A stretch of DNA of 64,000 nt, from positions 1,085 to 65,084 of the forward strand of contig DATDRP010000002.1 in the NCBI GenBank assembly GCA_035291665.1, read 5' to 3'. This stretch comes from Patescibacteria group bacterium (lineage in GTDB: Bacteria; Patescibacteriota; Microgenomatia; UBA8517). A program made the position numbers and the translations under genes. The notes beneath the pieces were generated by a model, which saw nothing but the letters and a program-made list of their open reading frames with translations, made no database searches and had not been told where the DNA came from. Shown here piece after piece: positions 47,170 through 57,979 of the stretch; the first letter of the stretch is position 1, and every line of letters begins with the position of its first letter.

Positions 47170-48003
47170 CTACAAGTTTCGAAGTAGGGCAATTCCACCG
47201 TAGATCCCGCTGTACTCTCCAAGCGATGACTTACGAAGGAAGGGAAGTTTTGGAAACTTTCTGTTGAGTTTTTCCATTTCGGTTCGCACTTGATTCAAAT
47301 CAAAATAATCGGATGAAGAAACTCCTCCGCCCAAAATAATTATATCCGGAGACCAAAAGACTGTTACGTTTGTTAAACCCACTGCTGTCTTTTTTACAAT
47401 ATCTTTCCAGACCCGTTTCTCCGTCAAACTTTCAGCATCTTTTTTATAAATTCGTTTGATTGAACTGCCGGAAATCAAATCTTCTAATGTGGCAATTCTT
47501 TTTCCGCTTTTTCCCAGACTTAAACTTTGGCTTAGACTTAGACTGATAATCTGTGACCCTGGTTCGAATCCGAAAGATTTTTCATCAATCTTGCCGTTAA
47601 CAATTCTCGCCCCTCCGACGCCGGTGCTGATAGTAATATATGCAGCAATTCTGAACCCCTTTCCTGCTCCGTAAACTGCTTCACCCAAAGCAGCAAGAGC
47701 TGCATCGTTCTCAAGAAAAACTTCTGATCCAAGCTGCTTTTCCAAGCTGCTTTTTAACTTGAAACCCTCCCATCCGTGAAGATTCGGACTTTTGAAAATC
47801 GTATTTCTATCTTTATCAAAAACTCCCGCAATTCCTCCGACTGTTTTATAAATCTTTTGTTCACCGACAAATTCCAATATTCTGTCCAAGCCATCAACTG
47901 CCGATTCCGGAGTGTTTATGATTTTTGAAGATACCAACTTCAGCGACTCATTAACAAGTCCCAGCCGTATATGCGTTCCTCCTATGTCAAAGACAAGATA
48001 CAT
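47170..48003 (-). CDS. ROK family sugar kinase (glucokinase-like)
   Basis: MYLVFDIGGTHIRLGLV N-terminal ATPase motif, ROK-like core. Confidence 0.7.
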   Translation of the reverse strand: MYLVFDIGGTHIRLGLVNESLKLVSSKIINTPESAVDGLDRILEFVGEQKIYKTVGGIAGVFDKDRNTIFKSPNLHGWEGFKLKSSLEKQLGSEVFLENDAALAALGEAVYGAGKGFRIAAYITISTGVGGARIVNGKIDEKSFGFEPGSQIISLSLSQSLSLGKSGKRIATLEDLISGSSIKRIYKKDAESLTEKRVWKDIVKKTAVGLTNVTVFWSPDIIILGGGVSSSDYFDLNQVRTEMEKLNRKFPKLPFLRKSSLGEYSGIYGGIALLRNL

Positions 48004-48092
48004 AAATTAAAGATATAAAGATATTAAGATACTTGGGTATTAAGAAATAATTTCTCCTAATATCCTAATATCCCATCACCTAATATCTTCCC

Positions 48093-50069
48093 CTATTTTA
48101 TTGGGTAGCAAGCTTTGCAGATTCCCAACTCCTCAAGCTTCTCAAGATAATCAACTACAGTGATGACATACTCTGCATGACTCCAGGTAAGAGGTGTTGC
48201 CGAAAGCGATTCGCCCGTATATGCATTTACCTGTTCAGGTAATACCCCGGAGGCAAGCGCTCTTTTGGCAACCCAGGTAAAATCTTTTACTATTTCAGGA
48301 AGTTCCGACTCGCTTTTTACAAACTCTAATTTATACTGCGTTGACCAAAGTGTTGTGATTATCCAAGGATTACCCGGAATATTGCCGCCCGGATTATGAT
48401 AAATATCACCCTCAAATCGCGCGATTCCGCCGATATTCGTATTCAGAGACAGCCTTTTTTTCATCACCTCATGGGCTTTCACCAGAAGTGGGTCGTCAAA
48501 CGGCAGCACCTTATATCTGTAAAGACCATAAAAACTAGAGACATCAATAGTTTCATCAATTAAACCGCCGTCAAGCGACCGCTGTTTATAAAAATAATTA
48601 TTCTTTTGATCATATAAATGCTTCAATATTCCGTTTTTGATTGTTTCCGCAGCATTTTTATATTTCTCTTTATGACTTGTTTTTCCCAACATTTCTGCAA
48701 ATTTTGATGCCTTTTCCAACGCCCCGTAAACGGTCGAGGAAGTAAAAGTTGAAATTCCGTATTTCATTTCCCAAAGATCATAGCTCGGTTTCGGAAGGCC
48801 TGTAATACTATCAGTATAATAAGTCATAAAATCAGCTGAAATTTTTATAAGGTCATTGTATACACTTTCAATAAATTCCAGGTCTTTTGAAAGTTCGTAA
48901 TATTTCCAAAGCGCAAGAATAATCAATGCTGTTCCATCTTCCTGGATTGGAAGATGCGGTTTTCCATCACTGACCCATGCGTGCCACGAACTCCCCAGCG
49001 ATTTATCGGGTCTGTATTTTTGTAAAAAATATCCTTCAGGAGATATAACGTCACGGCAAAATTCAAAAAACCTCCTCGAAGCGTTAAAATCACCGGCTTT
49101 TGCAAGGGCTAAAGCTGAAATTGCTCCGTCGCGAGGCCAGATATAAGAATAGGTATCCCTTCCATAAAACAGCATATCCGAATCGCAGGATGCCAGGATT
49201 GCGCCGTTATCAGCAACATGCGTGCGAATAAAAAGAAGCGATTTGTTAAATAAATTTATTATTTCATCGCTTAGGGAATAAAAAGAGAAGTTTTGATTTT
49301 TTACCCACGCACGCCAATAATTTTGCGTTGAACGCAATATGTAAGAAGGGGTTTTTTTTAATACCAGAAGATTCAGGCTTTTTACATCGCTAATTGATTT
49401 ACCGACAGTCATAAAATAACAAACGGATTGACTTTTTTTCGGAGGAATCTCAAAAGACATTGAAATAACGGAGTCCACTTGTCCATGTTCAATTGGATTT
49501 TTTGAAAGGATTCCATCCTCTGCGTCTTTAAAAGTGCCCTCTTTTCCTTCCAAACCAAGTATTCCGACGCTGTAATCGTCAAACTTATCCTTATCCGTGA
49601 CCAGATTTATCAAAAAAACACGTCTTCCCTTGTAATGAATAATAACCTCGTCAAAAGGATCATAATATGCGGTATCGCCTGTGTGGGTTTGCGAAATGTT
49701 GAACTGTTGATTAAAAAATATCTTTACGCTTCTTTTAACATCGTATAGGTTTATTATTTCTATATCGCGGACAAACACATTTTTCTCATTGTAAACAACA
49801 TCTTTAAAAATAAGCTTTATCCCCAAGTCTTTGCTTTCAGCCGTTATGACCGATGACATCGTGTCGTTCTCATATTCGACAACTACACCGAATTTTCCGC
49901 CATCCAGCCAATGCAAAGCCCCATCCACAAATATTCCTATTTTGTGAGTCTGATATTCGTCAATGTGATTTTCCAAACCCGGATAATGAAAGTATAAGTC
50001 TTTCACCTGACCAAAACGGTCATAACCGATAAGCATATTTCCGTTTCCCAGGCAGGCGTATTTAGGCAT
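48093..50069 (-). CDS. GH15 family glycoside hydrolase (glucoamylase/glucodextranase-like)
   Basis: N-terminal beta domain plus an (alpha/alpha)6 region with the IWPRDGA motif. Confidence 0.7.
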   Translation of the reverse strand: MPKYACLGNGNMLIGYDRFGQVKDLYFHYPGLENHIDEYQTHKIGIFVDGALHWLDGGKFGVVVEYENDTMSSVITAESKDLGIKLIFKDVVYNEKNVFVRDIEIINLYDVKRSVKIFFNQQFNISQTHTGDTAYYDPFDEVIIHYKGRRVFLINLVTDKDKFDDYSVGILGLEGKEGTFKDAEDGILSKNPIEHGQVDSVISMSFEIPPKKSQSVCYFMTVGKSISDVKSLNLLVLKKTPSYILRSTQNYWRAWVKNQNFSFYSLSDEIINLFNKSLLFIRTHVADNGAILASCDSDMLFYGRDTYSYIWPRDGAISALALAKAGDFNASRRFFEFCRDVISPEGYFLQKYRPDKSLGSSWHAWVSDGKPHLPIQEDGTALIILALWKYYELSKDLEFIESVYNDLIKISADFMTYYTDSITGLPKPSYDLWEMKYGISTFTSSTVYGALEKASKFAEMLGKTSHKEKYKNAAETIKNGILKHLYDQKNNYFYKQRSLDGGLIDETIDVSSFYGLYRYKVLPFDDPLLVKAHEVMKKRLSLNTNIGGIARFEGDIYHNPGGNIPGNPWIITTLWSTQYKLEFVKSESELPEIVKDFTWVAKRALASGVLPEQVNAYTGESLSATPLTWSHAEYVITVVDYLEKLEELGICKACYPIK

Positions 50070-51306
50070 ATTTTTTGTGATCTATTTTTTTCTTGTTAAT
50101 TCTCAGCTTCAGATCAGAAAGTGCGTTCATGTAGCTTATGAATGCATCATACGGACTTTCATATGGATTAAAATATTTGTGAACATCACCGTCTGAATAC
50201 CATTTCGTACACATGTAATAGAAATGGTCTGAAGTTTGAAGCCGCCTCCAATCGTCGACAATTTTTTGATCACCGGAATTAAGAACTTTACCTTCCAGTG
50301 AATATATGCTTTGGAGAGCACTCGACTGAATATTATTACCGATCCAGGCAGACAAATCCCGCTCTGTATCCGCCCAGGTTATAACGTCCGGTACATCGAT
50401 AATATCCCTAACCGGATATTTTTTAACCGCCTCCGTCGGGGTAACAAAATTATTATCCGGATTTTTCAATACTTCGCCCGGAAAATGGCGTAAAAATTCA
50501 AAAATTCCCTTATCTTCCCATTGATGTTCGCCAAAAGTCTCATAATCCATAAATAAATTAATAACTTCCGCATTTCCATTGTGTTCATTTACCCAACCGG
50601 AGAATTTATCTGCTGTCAGAGGCCAGCTTTTCCAGCTTTTTTCGGAAAATCTGAAAGCGATATCGTCCGATAACTTGTAATTCTTAAGAAGTAATTTTAT
50701 TACCGGTTTATTATATTTTTTTATTGTCTGTCCGATATTCGGTTCATAAATAAAATTCGGACTTCTCCACCCCAGTATGCGATCCCAACCTTCAGCCAAT
50801 ATTGCTTTGTAGCCTTTCCTGTGAGCCCACCAGGCAAGAGAATTGGTATATGCAAGTTCGGTGTTGCGAAAGACTGCCGGTTCAAACTTAAATAATTTTT
50901 TAATTAATTTCCTGTGAAGATTTACCTGATTTTCAAATTCGGTGAGTGAATAAAAATAGGCAAGCGAGTGATAATATGTTTCGGATAAAAGTTCCACCCT
51001 GCCGGTGGCAACCAGCTCCTGGAATGACTCCAAAACCTGGGGATAGTGTTCCTGGATTTGTTCCAAAAAAACTCCCGAAAAAGAATAACTGACTTTGAAA
51101 TCTTTGTGCTTTTTCAGAAGTTCCAAAATTACTTTATTCGCAGGAAGATAGCTCTTATCGGAAACTTTAGTAAGTATTCTTTTATTATTAAGATCGGTAT
51201 CCGAATTATCGTTAAAATATTCGTGATCTTTGCCAATATCAAAAATCCGATATTTTTTTATTCTTAACGGCTGGTGAACCTGAAAATATAAACAAATGGA
51301 TGGCAT
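50062..51306 (-). CDS. GH57 family alpha-glucan enzyme (amylase/branching-type)
   Basis: N-terminus CLYFQVHQPLR (GH57 HQP motif), 414 aa. Adjacent to the GH15 and glycogen synthase genes. Confidence 0.7.
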   Translation of the reverse strand: MPSICLYFQVHQPLRIKKYRIFDIGKDHEYFNDNSDTDLNNKRILTKVSDKSYLPANKVILELLKKHKDFKVSYSFSGVFLEQIQEHYPQVLESFQELVATGRVELLSETYYHSLAYFYSLTEFENQVNLHRKLIKKLFKFEPAVFRNTELAYTNSLAWWAHRKGYKAILAEGWDRILGWRSPNFIYEPNIGQTIKKYNKPVIKLLLKNYKLSDDIAFRFSEKSWKSWPLTADKFSGWVNEHNGNAEVINLFMDYETFGEHQWEDKGIFEFLRHFPGEVLKNPDNNFVTPTEAVKKYPVRDIIDVPDVITWADTERDLSAWIGNNIQSSALQSIYSLEGKVLNSGDQKIVDDWRRLQTSDHFYYMCTKWYSDGDVHKYFNPYESPYDAFISYMNALSDLKLRINKKKIDHKKYA

Positions 51307-51418
51307 AATATTAAAATCAAAAATTAAAAATATTGTTTGGTTCTTGAATTTTGATTATTGGTCATTATCAGAATTAATAGATCTTCGTTGTGTTATATTA
51401 ATTTGAGTAGTCCATTAA

Positions 51419-52639
51419 TCATCTGATTAGTTGCTGGTAAATTCCCACCATGTCATCTGCAGATTTATCCCAAGTCAGATTCATAAGTTCTTTGACACTT
51501 TCGTTTCTTAAATCTTTCGGCAGGGAATCGTATTTCAAAACTGCAATAATTTTATTGGCTAATTCTTCAACATCCCAATAATCAACTTTGAGAGAGTTTT
51601 TCAGTACTTCTGATACTCCTGATTGTTTTGAAATGATAACCGGCGTTCGGTTCTTTACCGATTCCAACGCCGTAATGCCAAAAGGTTCGGAAACAGACGG
51701 CATTACAAAAACATCTGCCGCTTGGTAAATCTGATTTTTTTCATCACCCCGGATAAACCCGGTAAATATATATTTATCTATTACTCCAAGTCTGGCCGCT
51801 TCGGACATCATGTAGCCTTGCATATCACCCGATCCGGTCACAACAAATGTCGCTTTGGGGTAATAATCGGAAACAATTTTTGACGCCCGGACAAAATAAT
51901 CAGGACCTTTCTGAAGCGTAATCCGTCCGAGGAATAAAACCAGTTTATAGCCTAACTTTTTAAGTTCCGTCAGGGATTGGGAGACGTTCGGCATCGAAGC
52001 GTCGTCAACACCATTGTAAACCACATGAACTTTATTCGGATCCACGCCATATTTTTCCTGAAGCGTATTTTTCATGAATCCCCCCACTGGAACAATCACA
52101 TCGGCATTATCAAACCCGTATTTTTCGACTTCATAAACGTACATATTCGGATTATTCCCACCCGTCCTATCAAATTCAGTAGAATGAATATGTGCAACAA
52201 CCGGTTTTTTCATTATGCTTTTTGCAACAATCCCCGCCGGATAGGTCAGCCAATCGTGCATATGAATAATATCGCTGTTGGTTTTTTGGGCAATCGATTT
52301 TATATTTCGGGCATACTCAAAAACCTTCGCAAGGAATTCTTTTTGGGAGAACTTACTTCCCTTGCTGCCGAATAATTTTTTCCATTCGGGATATGTTGTA
52401 TAAGTGCTTTGGAGAGATTTAAGAATGTCGGTTTCTTTCGTATCGGCAAAAATTACATTCATAAAATCCGCTTTGACATTCATCTTATACGGGAGGACAA
52501 AATTAATATTGACACCTTTTTTTGAAAGAGCTTTAGCAAGACCGTAACAAGCCTCTCCCAAACCGCCGCTATTAAAAGGCGGAAGTTCCCAACCCACCAT
52601 TAATATATTCATATTTTTAAGTATAAAAAAACTAATCAA
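51419..52639 (-). CDS. glgA: glycogen/starch synthase-like glycosyltransferase (GT4/GT5)
   Basis: ILMVGWELPPFNSGGLGEACYGLAKAL N-terminal motif, C-terminal GT-B fold (SVSEPFGITALES). Confidence 0.65.
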   Translation of the reverse strand: MISFFILKNMNILMVGWELPPFNSGGLGEACYGLAKALSKKGVNINFVLPYKMNVKADFMNVIFADTKETDILKSLQSTYTTYPEWKKLFGSKGSKFSQKEFLAKVFEYARNIKSIAQKTNSDIIHMHDWLTYPAGIVAKSIMKKPVVAHIHSTEFDRTGGNNPNMYVYEVEKYGFDNADVIVPVGGFMKNTLQEKYGVDPNKVHVVYNGVDDASMPNVSQSLTELKKLGYKLVLFLGRITLQKGPDYFVRASKIVSDYYPKATFVVTGSGDMQGYMMSEAARLGVIDKYIFTGFIRGDEKNQIYQAADVFVMPSVSEPFGITALESVKNRTPVIISKQSGVSEVLKNSLKVDYWDVEELANKIIAVLKYDSLPKDLRNESVKELMNLTWDKSADDMVGIYQQLIR

Positions 52640-52823
52640 TCAAATTACTTATGTAAAGTTTTATTTTTTAGATTGATTTTGTTACTTTTTTCAACTCCCG
52701 AAAACGAATAAATTGTGCTTAAAAGTAGTTTAAAATTTATCCTCTGAATTCAGTATCAATTAAGATTTCTGCTATTGCAATAGCTAATGACTCTCAGCGG
52801 TACATTAATGTACCGGTTTATCT

Positions 52824-53744
52824 TTAAGGAAGTTCAATGAAACTGGATGGTGAGGCTATTTTGAGTTCGGACATATCATATCCCAAAAAATTAATGTCAA
52901 AGGAGAAATCAATATACTTTTTATCAGACCCGAAAGCTTTCGCCATGGTTTTTCCTTTAATTTTCGAAATTTCCCGATTTTTTTGTTTTATCCATATATC
53001 AAATTCTTTAAGTTCATCAAAACCCGTTTGGTGAGTATCTTTGAATGAGATTTTGTAATGATAATTTTGTTCTCCTTCAATTACATCTTTGGGCAGCGAT
53101 CCTGCATATAAAAGGTTTGACGGCTGTAATAGTTGGGACAGGTTATCGGTCAACTTATCAATCCCGGTTGCCTCGCTAACGTTGTTAAGATCAATCTTCA
53201 CATAATCTTTCAAAAATTCTTTGTTAACCAAACCTTCATCAAAAAATTTAGTTATTTTCCAATATAAATCTCCGTTAAAGCTGATTACATCCAAGACAAC
53301 TTCTTTATCGGTATTTTTGTTCCAGTTAATTGTGGAGCTAAAACGTAGATCGTCAGACTTTTCATATACGCCTGCGATATCAATACTGTGTTCCTGAGTC
53401 ATGATATCAGTTGGAATATTCATATATTCTAAATCTACAAATTTACTATTAACATTTTCTGGATCAACAAAATCTAACTTCAATGTGCCTTTGAAAGAAT
53501 AAATATCATGCTTTAAAAAATTATTAAATGCGTTTTTTAGGATAAACTCCGGAGAATTATATATTTTCAGATACGAATAAAAGTAAAATCCCATGAGCGT
53601 AAGAGTTATCACACCCATAATGATTACAATTTTTTTAAAATTGTTACGAAGAAAGTTTTTCAGGATAAATAAATTATCAGGTTTCAGAGTTTTTGGAATC
53701 TTTTTCGGATTAGGAATAATTTCGGGTTTATTGTTTTCTTCCAT
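52824..53744 (-). CDS. membrane-anchored hypothetical protein
   Basis: Single TM (IVIIMGVITLTLMGFYFYSYL) and a large extracytoplasmic domain. Overlaps the AAA+ gene end by 17 nt. Confidence 0.4.
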   Translation of the reverse strand: MEENNKPEIIPNPKKIPKTLKPDNLFILKNFLRNNFKKIVIIMGVITLTLMGFYFYSYLKIYNSPEFILKNAFNNFLKHDIYSFKGTLKLDFVDPENVNSKFVDLEYMNIPTDIMTQEHSIDIAGVYEKSDDLRFSSTINWNKNTDKEVVLDVISFNGDLYWKITKFFDEGLVNKEFLKDYVKIDLNNVSEATGIDKLTDNLSQLLQPSNLLYAGSLPKDVIEGEQNYHYKISFKDTHQTGFDELKEFDIWIKQKNREISKIKGKTMAKAFGSDKKYIDFSFDINFLGYDMSELKIASPSSFIELP

Positions 53745-56208
53745 TTTGGCTAATAAGTTTGTAATCGAAACCTTTTCCGTCAGCTGAAGGAACTATTTCA
53801 AATTTATCGCCGGGTCTTATTTTATTTTCAATGATTGCCTTTCCGACAACATCACCAATCTCAAGATCCACCAACCTTCGAATAGATCTTGCACCGAATG
53901 TCGGATCAAAACCGATTTTAACAAGCGCCTGACAAACTTCATCATTCACTAATAAATGGACGTTTCGTTTCAGAAGATTTGCTCCAAAATCAGTCAGAAT
54001 CAACTTCGCAACCTTTACCAAATTATCAAAACTCAGCGGTTCATATACAACTACGCCGTCAAAACGGTTCAGAAGCTCAGGAGAAAATATTTTATCCTGA
54101 AGGATCTTATTGACCACTTTATCCTGTAAATCAGTTATACCGGGTTCTTTGTTGACCAAGTCCCGGATGAATTCGGCACCGGCATTGGAAGTGGCAATGA
54201 TAAAAAGATGCCTGCAGTTGATGCGGTTACCGAATGCATCCGTGAAAAAACCTTCATCAAGTATGGAGAGAAATAAATTTATAATATTACTTGTTGCTTT
54301 TTCAAATTCATCCAGAAGAAGCAGTGATGCCGGCTTATTTTTTATTAATGTTGCAAGTCTTCCGGGAATATTTTTGTTGACCGAACCGATCAACCTCTCA
54401 AAGCCTTCACTTCCTGCAAATTCAGCCATATCGAAACGAAGAATTGCATCAGTGCTGCCAAAATAGACATTTGAGAGAACTTTTGCTGTTTCTGTTTTCC
54501 CGACACCCGTCGGACCCAAAAAAAGGAAAGATCCGATCGGCTTTGATTCTTTCGCACCACCCACATTTCTGGCACGCAGACTTTTTGAAATCAAACTGAC
54601 AGCTGCATTTTGATTAATTAGTCGTTCATGAATTGTTTCTTCAAGGTTTGAAAGTCTCGACTTATCCTCGGATGTCAGTGCCGAAAATTTGACTCCCGTC
54701 TTTTCCGTTAAAACCGCTTCGGCGTCTTCATAGGTTACTGTTCCACCTCCTTTTTGATCACGGTAGTTAACAACTGCGTCCATCAGCTCAATTGCTTTCT
54801 CCGGAAAAGGTGTTTCCGTAATATACCTATCGCTCTCATCAAGTATTTTTCTGATTGCGGGTAGACTCACGGTTACCTTTGAGGTGTGTTCCCAGTTTTT
54901 TGCCACTTCAATCATAATTTCAAGAGCCAGCTCCTTGGAGGGCGGGGTCACTTCTATATTTTCAAAATACTTTCTCAACCTCATATTTGGAGCTATAAAC
55001 CTTTCATACTCAACCGGAGTAGTAGGAACAATGATTTTGAGATTCTTTTTTTCCAAATATTCTTCAAAAACATCCGTAAAATCATATCCTTCAACCTCCG
55101 GATTGGTCAACCTTTGGATATCTCTGATCATTAATATAATATTTCCGGCTGCTGCGGTTTCATGAAATACATAGGCCAGATTTGTTTTTTTAGAGTTGAG
55201 ATCAGACGATCCCGACAATAGAAAATTGTAGTCAAATTCCAAGACGCGTTTGAAGCTTGCTTTTACACCCAGTTCGCCCGTCATTGATTTCTGAGCAAAT
55301 TCCAAAACAACTGTTTTCTTACCGACTCCGGGTTGTCCGAGAAGGATTATACTGCTGCCACCCGATATCACACGCTCCATTCGCTCTACAACTTCATCTC
55401 TTCCGATCAACCGATGGGCAAATGACTTGGCTTCGCTTAAATCAATTGAATATTGCGATAAAATAGGAATATAACCAAAGAGAAGGTCCAGTCCGATACC
55501 CGGTCGGCCGAATTTTTCCGTTTCACCCATATCAGACAAATCTTTCTTGATGCCGTCCCACCATCTTGCTGTTTGGAGTAAATCATCCGGAGTCAAATGG
55601 AGCGACCTTAAAGCATCTTCATTCCAAGTTTCCTCATCAACTAATTTTTGAATAAGTTCTTCAAAATTTTTTATTCTTGATAAACCACCCGATAATCCGT
55701 CCTTGAATACCGTAATTTGCTCAAACTCATTTTGTGAAATATTCAAGTGATTCAGGAAGAATTTACCGGCATCACTTTCAAAAACTGCTTCAAAGAGTTT
55801 GGTTCCGCTTTTGAGTTTTTGATTGATATTTTGGATAAACAGAATCGGTTTATTCTTATACCTCGTATATGCCGAAAGTCCGATTGGCGGAAGCAATAAC
55901 CAAATCAATACTCCCAATCCGCCTCCGAGAAATACAAAAACCAAAACAACTGATCCGGCAACAAATAATAAACCCCGAACCACCGCACCAATTCCTCTTG
56001 AAATAAGATCGAAAGTAAAATTTTCAAAGGCGCGGCTTATGGAAAATCCGGGTTTATTATCGTACGCAACCAGCCGCTTCCAGGGTGAAAATAGGGTTGA
56101 TATAAGAAGAGGAAGCGAAAAATAATGCTCAATATATTTGACGGAATAGATCCACCTTCGTATATAAAATAAAAGTCCATCCGTATAATGCCAACGAATA
56201 AAATCCAT
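53728..56208 (-). CDS. ClpA/B/C-family double AAA+ ATPase with N-terminal transmembrane region and degenerate D1 Walker motifs
   Basis: N-terminal 110 aa with two TM segments replaces the Clp N-domain. D1 has GQPGVGKKT and ILMIRDIQ (non-canonical). D2 has GPTGVGKTE and LLLDEFEKA (canonical), with a sensor region. Confidence 0.7.
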   Translation of the reverse strand: MDFIRWHYTDGLLFYIRRWIYSVKYIEHYFSLPLLISTLFSPWKRLVAYDNKPGFSISRAFENFTFDLISRGIGAVVRGLLFVAGSVVLVFVFLGGGLGVLIWLLLPPIGLSAYTRYKNKPILFIQNINQKLKSGTKLFEAVFESDAGKFFLNHLNISQNEFEQITVFKDGLSGGLSRIKNFEELIQKLVDEETWNEDALRSLHLTPDDLLQTARWWDGIKKDLSDMGETEKFGRPGIGLDLLFGYIPILSQYSIDLSEAKSFAHRLIGRDEVVERMERVISGGSSIILLGQPGVGKKTVVLEFAQKSMTGELGVKASFKRVLEFDYNFLLSGSSDLNSKKTNLAYVFHETAAAGNIILMIRDIQRLTNPEVEGYDFTDVFEEYLEKKNLKIIVPTTPVEYERFIAPNMRLRKYFENIEVTPPSKELALEIMIEVAKNWEHTSKVTVSLPAIRKILDESDRYITETPFPEKAIELMDAVVNYRDQKGGGTVTYEDAEAVLTEKTGVKFSALTSEDKSRLSNLEETIHERLINQNAAVSLISKSLRARNVGGAKESKPIGSFLFLGPTGVGKTETAKVLSNVYFGSTDAILRFDMAEFAGSEGFERLIGSVNKNIPGRLATLIKNKPASLLLLDEFEKATSNIINLFLSILDEGFFTDAFGNRINCRHLFIIATSNAGAEFIRDLVNKEPGITDLQDKVVNKILQDKIFSPELLNRFDGVVVYEPLSFDNLVKVAKLILTDFGANLLKRNVHLLVNDEVCQALVKIGFDPTFGARSIRRLVDLEIGDVVGKAIIENKIRPGDKFEIVPSADGKGFDYKLISQNGRKQ

Positions 56209-56407
56209 AGTTAATTAAGATATCAAAGCCGGATTAAAATTTCCCCGACGTTTCGTCCGCGATAATGAAAAAATAGTACAACAACCCACCCATACATGCA
56301 TATTTCATGATACCACAAGCAAGGCTGACTTGAGCTTTTTTCTGATGTTTACTGGGAAGATTGTTATTGTTAAATTAGGATTAATGAAATGAAGGTTACA
56401 AATGAAA

Positions 56408-57463
56408 TTACTCAAGCCGATTTGCTTCGTACAGTGCAACAACAAAAAGAGATTCACTCCACCCAAGTGGGGTGTTTTGGTTATATTCATAAGAATTTGA
56501 AAAATAGAGTTCAGGTATACCATCGGGGGTATCCAAAACAATCAAATCCTTGATAAGCTCAGCTGCTTTTTCTTTCATACCCAGCCGTTCATAAATTATT
56601 GCCAGCCATGCAAGACCAAAAGTCCATTCGGCTTCTTCACTGACGCTATCCTTATTTTTATTATAGTAGCGGTCGCCTTTATACCGGATGACTCCCCGAT
56701 CGCGCATCAAATGATATTCAACATTTTTAAGTATCATTTCTTTTTGCTCCTCGTTTACAACATCATATGGCCAAATTAATGAAAGCTGCGCCAAATCCGT
56801 AAACTTTTTTTGCGATTCTCGGGGAAGAAGAAGTTTCAATGCGTCTTCACCTTTTTTGATAAGCCACCTTGGGACTTCAACTCTCGGATGTTTCAAGATT
56901 GACTTAAGTCCTGCAACACATGCGCCTACAGAAGACGAATGAATTTCTTCATCTTCCTCCCACATACCGGAATCGGGGTCTTTATAATATTCGATTGATG
57001 CGAGGTACTTTATTAATTTGTTGACTATCCGTATATGATCCTCCGTTTTTAAAATTGAACGTTTTTGATTTGTTTCAAGTTCTCCAATCCTGAATAAAAT
57101 ACAACCGACGGCATCATTCTGTTTGTTCCCCCACTCTTCCCAAAATTCATCAAAAGTGTCGGGGTCAAAACGTGCGTGAATATAACCAGAGCTATATTGG
57201 GGTTTTTGCTTTATTGCGTCATCAATTTTATGCTCGTGTTTGATCAGAAGTTTTAATATTGCATGGTAGGTTTTTTCTACGGTTTCCCAATCGCCTATCA
57301 CTTCAAAAGCTATAGTTTCATAAAAATTATCCCTCAGCCAAGACTTGTCGTATCCTGTTCCCACCCCTTTGGACGAAGCCAAAAAAAGACCTGATTTTGT
57401 TTGAAGATTTTTCAGGATTTTTATATGCTTTTTGATTAAATCATCGTAAGTCAATCTTGCCAT
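56408..57463 (-). CDS. GH15-related (alpha/alpha)6 glycoside hydrolase-like protein, catalytic domain only
   Basis: YDKSWLRDN (WxRD-type motif), 351 aa. Confidence 0.5.
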   Translation of the reverse strand: MARLTYDDLIKKHIKILKNLQTKSGLFLASSKGVGTGYDKSWLRDNFYETIAFEVIGDWETVEKTYHAILKLLIKHEHKIDDAIKQKPQYSSGYIHARFDPDTFDEFWEEWGNKQNDAVGCILFRIGELETNQKRSILKTEDHIRIVNKLIKYLASIEYYKDPDSGMWEEDEEIHSSSVGACVAGLKSILKHPRVEVPRWLIKKGEDALKLLLPRESQKKFTDLAQLSLIWPYDVVNEEQKEMILKNVEYHLMRDRGVIRYKGDRYYNKNKDSVSEEAEWTFGLAWLAIIYERLGMKEKAAELIKDLIVLDTPDGIPELYFSNSYEYNQNTPLGWSESLFVVALYEANRLE

Positions 57464-57502
57464 AAATTATAAATATTATATTATTAATAATCATAATAAG
57501 GG

Positions 57503-57542
57503 AGTCCCAGTGAGATAGCCTTCGTCATCTCACGGGATCCTA
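57503..57542. repeat. family C hairpin copy in divergent promoter region
   Basis: gagtcccagtgagatagccttcgtcatctcacgggatcct, followed by atgagatgctccg, which is related to the 26385 copy. Confidence 0.45.
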
Positions 57543-57592
57543 TGAGATGCTCCGATTAATCCGGAACCATCTCTTAGGGGGGTGATATAAAT

Positions 57593-57979
57593 ATGGCAGG
57601 TTATTTTGGACACATCGAAGACTTAACATTAAAGAATTCGTTTTTCAGACAGGTTGTGTTCACCGGCAAGCATACGCAATTGGTTCTTATGAGCCTTAAA
57701 CCGGGAGAAGAAATCGGAGCTGAGGTTCACACCGGACTTGATCAATTTTTCAGATTCGAAAAAGGATCCGGAAAGGTGGTTATTGAAGAAACCGAATATT
57801 TGGTTAAAGACGGCGACGTTGTTATTGTCCCCGGGGGAAGTCTGCATAACATTATTAATACATCAGACAAAGATGAATTGAAGCTATATACTCTCTATTC
57901 ACCGCCCAATCATCCAGAAAGAACTATCCATAAGACTAAGGATGAAGCAGTGGAAGCAGAAAAGTCGGAGCACCACTAA
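57593..57979 (+). CDS. cupin domain protein
   Basis: Small beta-barrel signature (G.EIGAEVHTGLDQFF...GDVVIVPGGSLHNI). Confidence 0.6.
   Translation: MAGYFGHIEDLTLKNSFFRQVVFTGKHTQLVLMSLKPGEEIGAEVHTGLDQFFRFEKGSGKVVIEETEYLVKDGDVVIVPGGSLHNIINTSDKDELKLYTLYSPPNHPERTIHKTKDEAVEAEKSEHH

Noticed and set aside
47540-47585. tRNA-like T-arm sequence (ggttcgaatcc) inside the ROK kinase gene
   Set aside because: No acceptable acceptor/anticodon stems could be drawn around it, and the minus-strand ORF is continuous through it. Judged coincidental.
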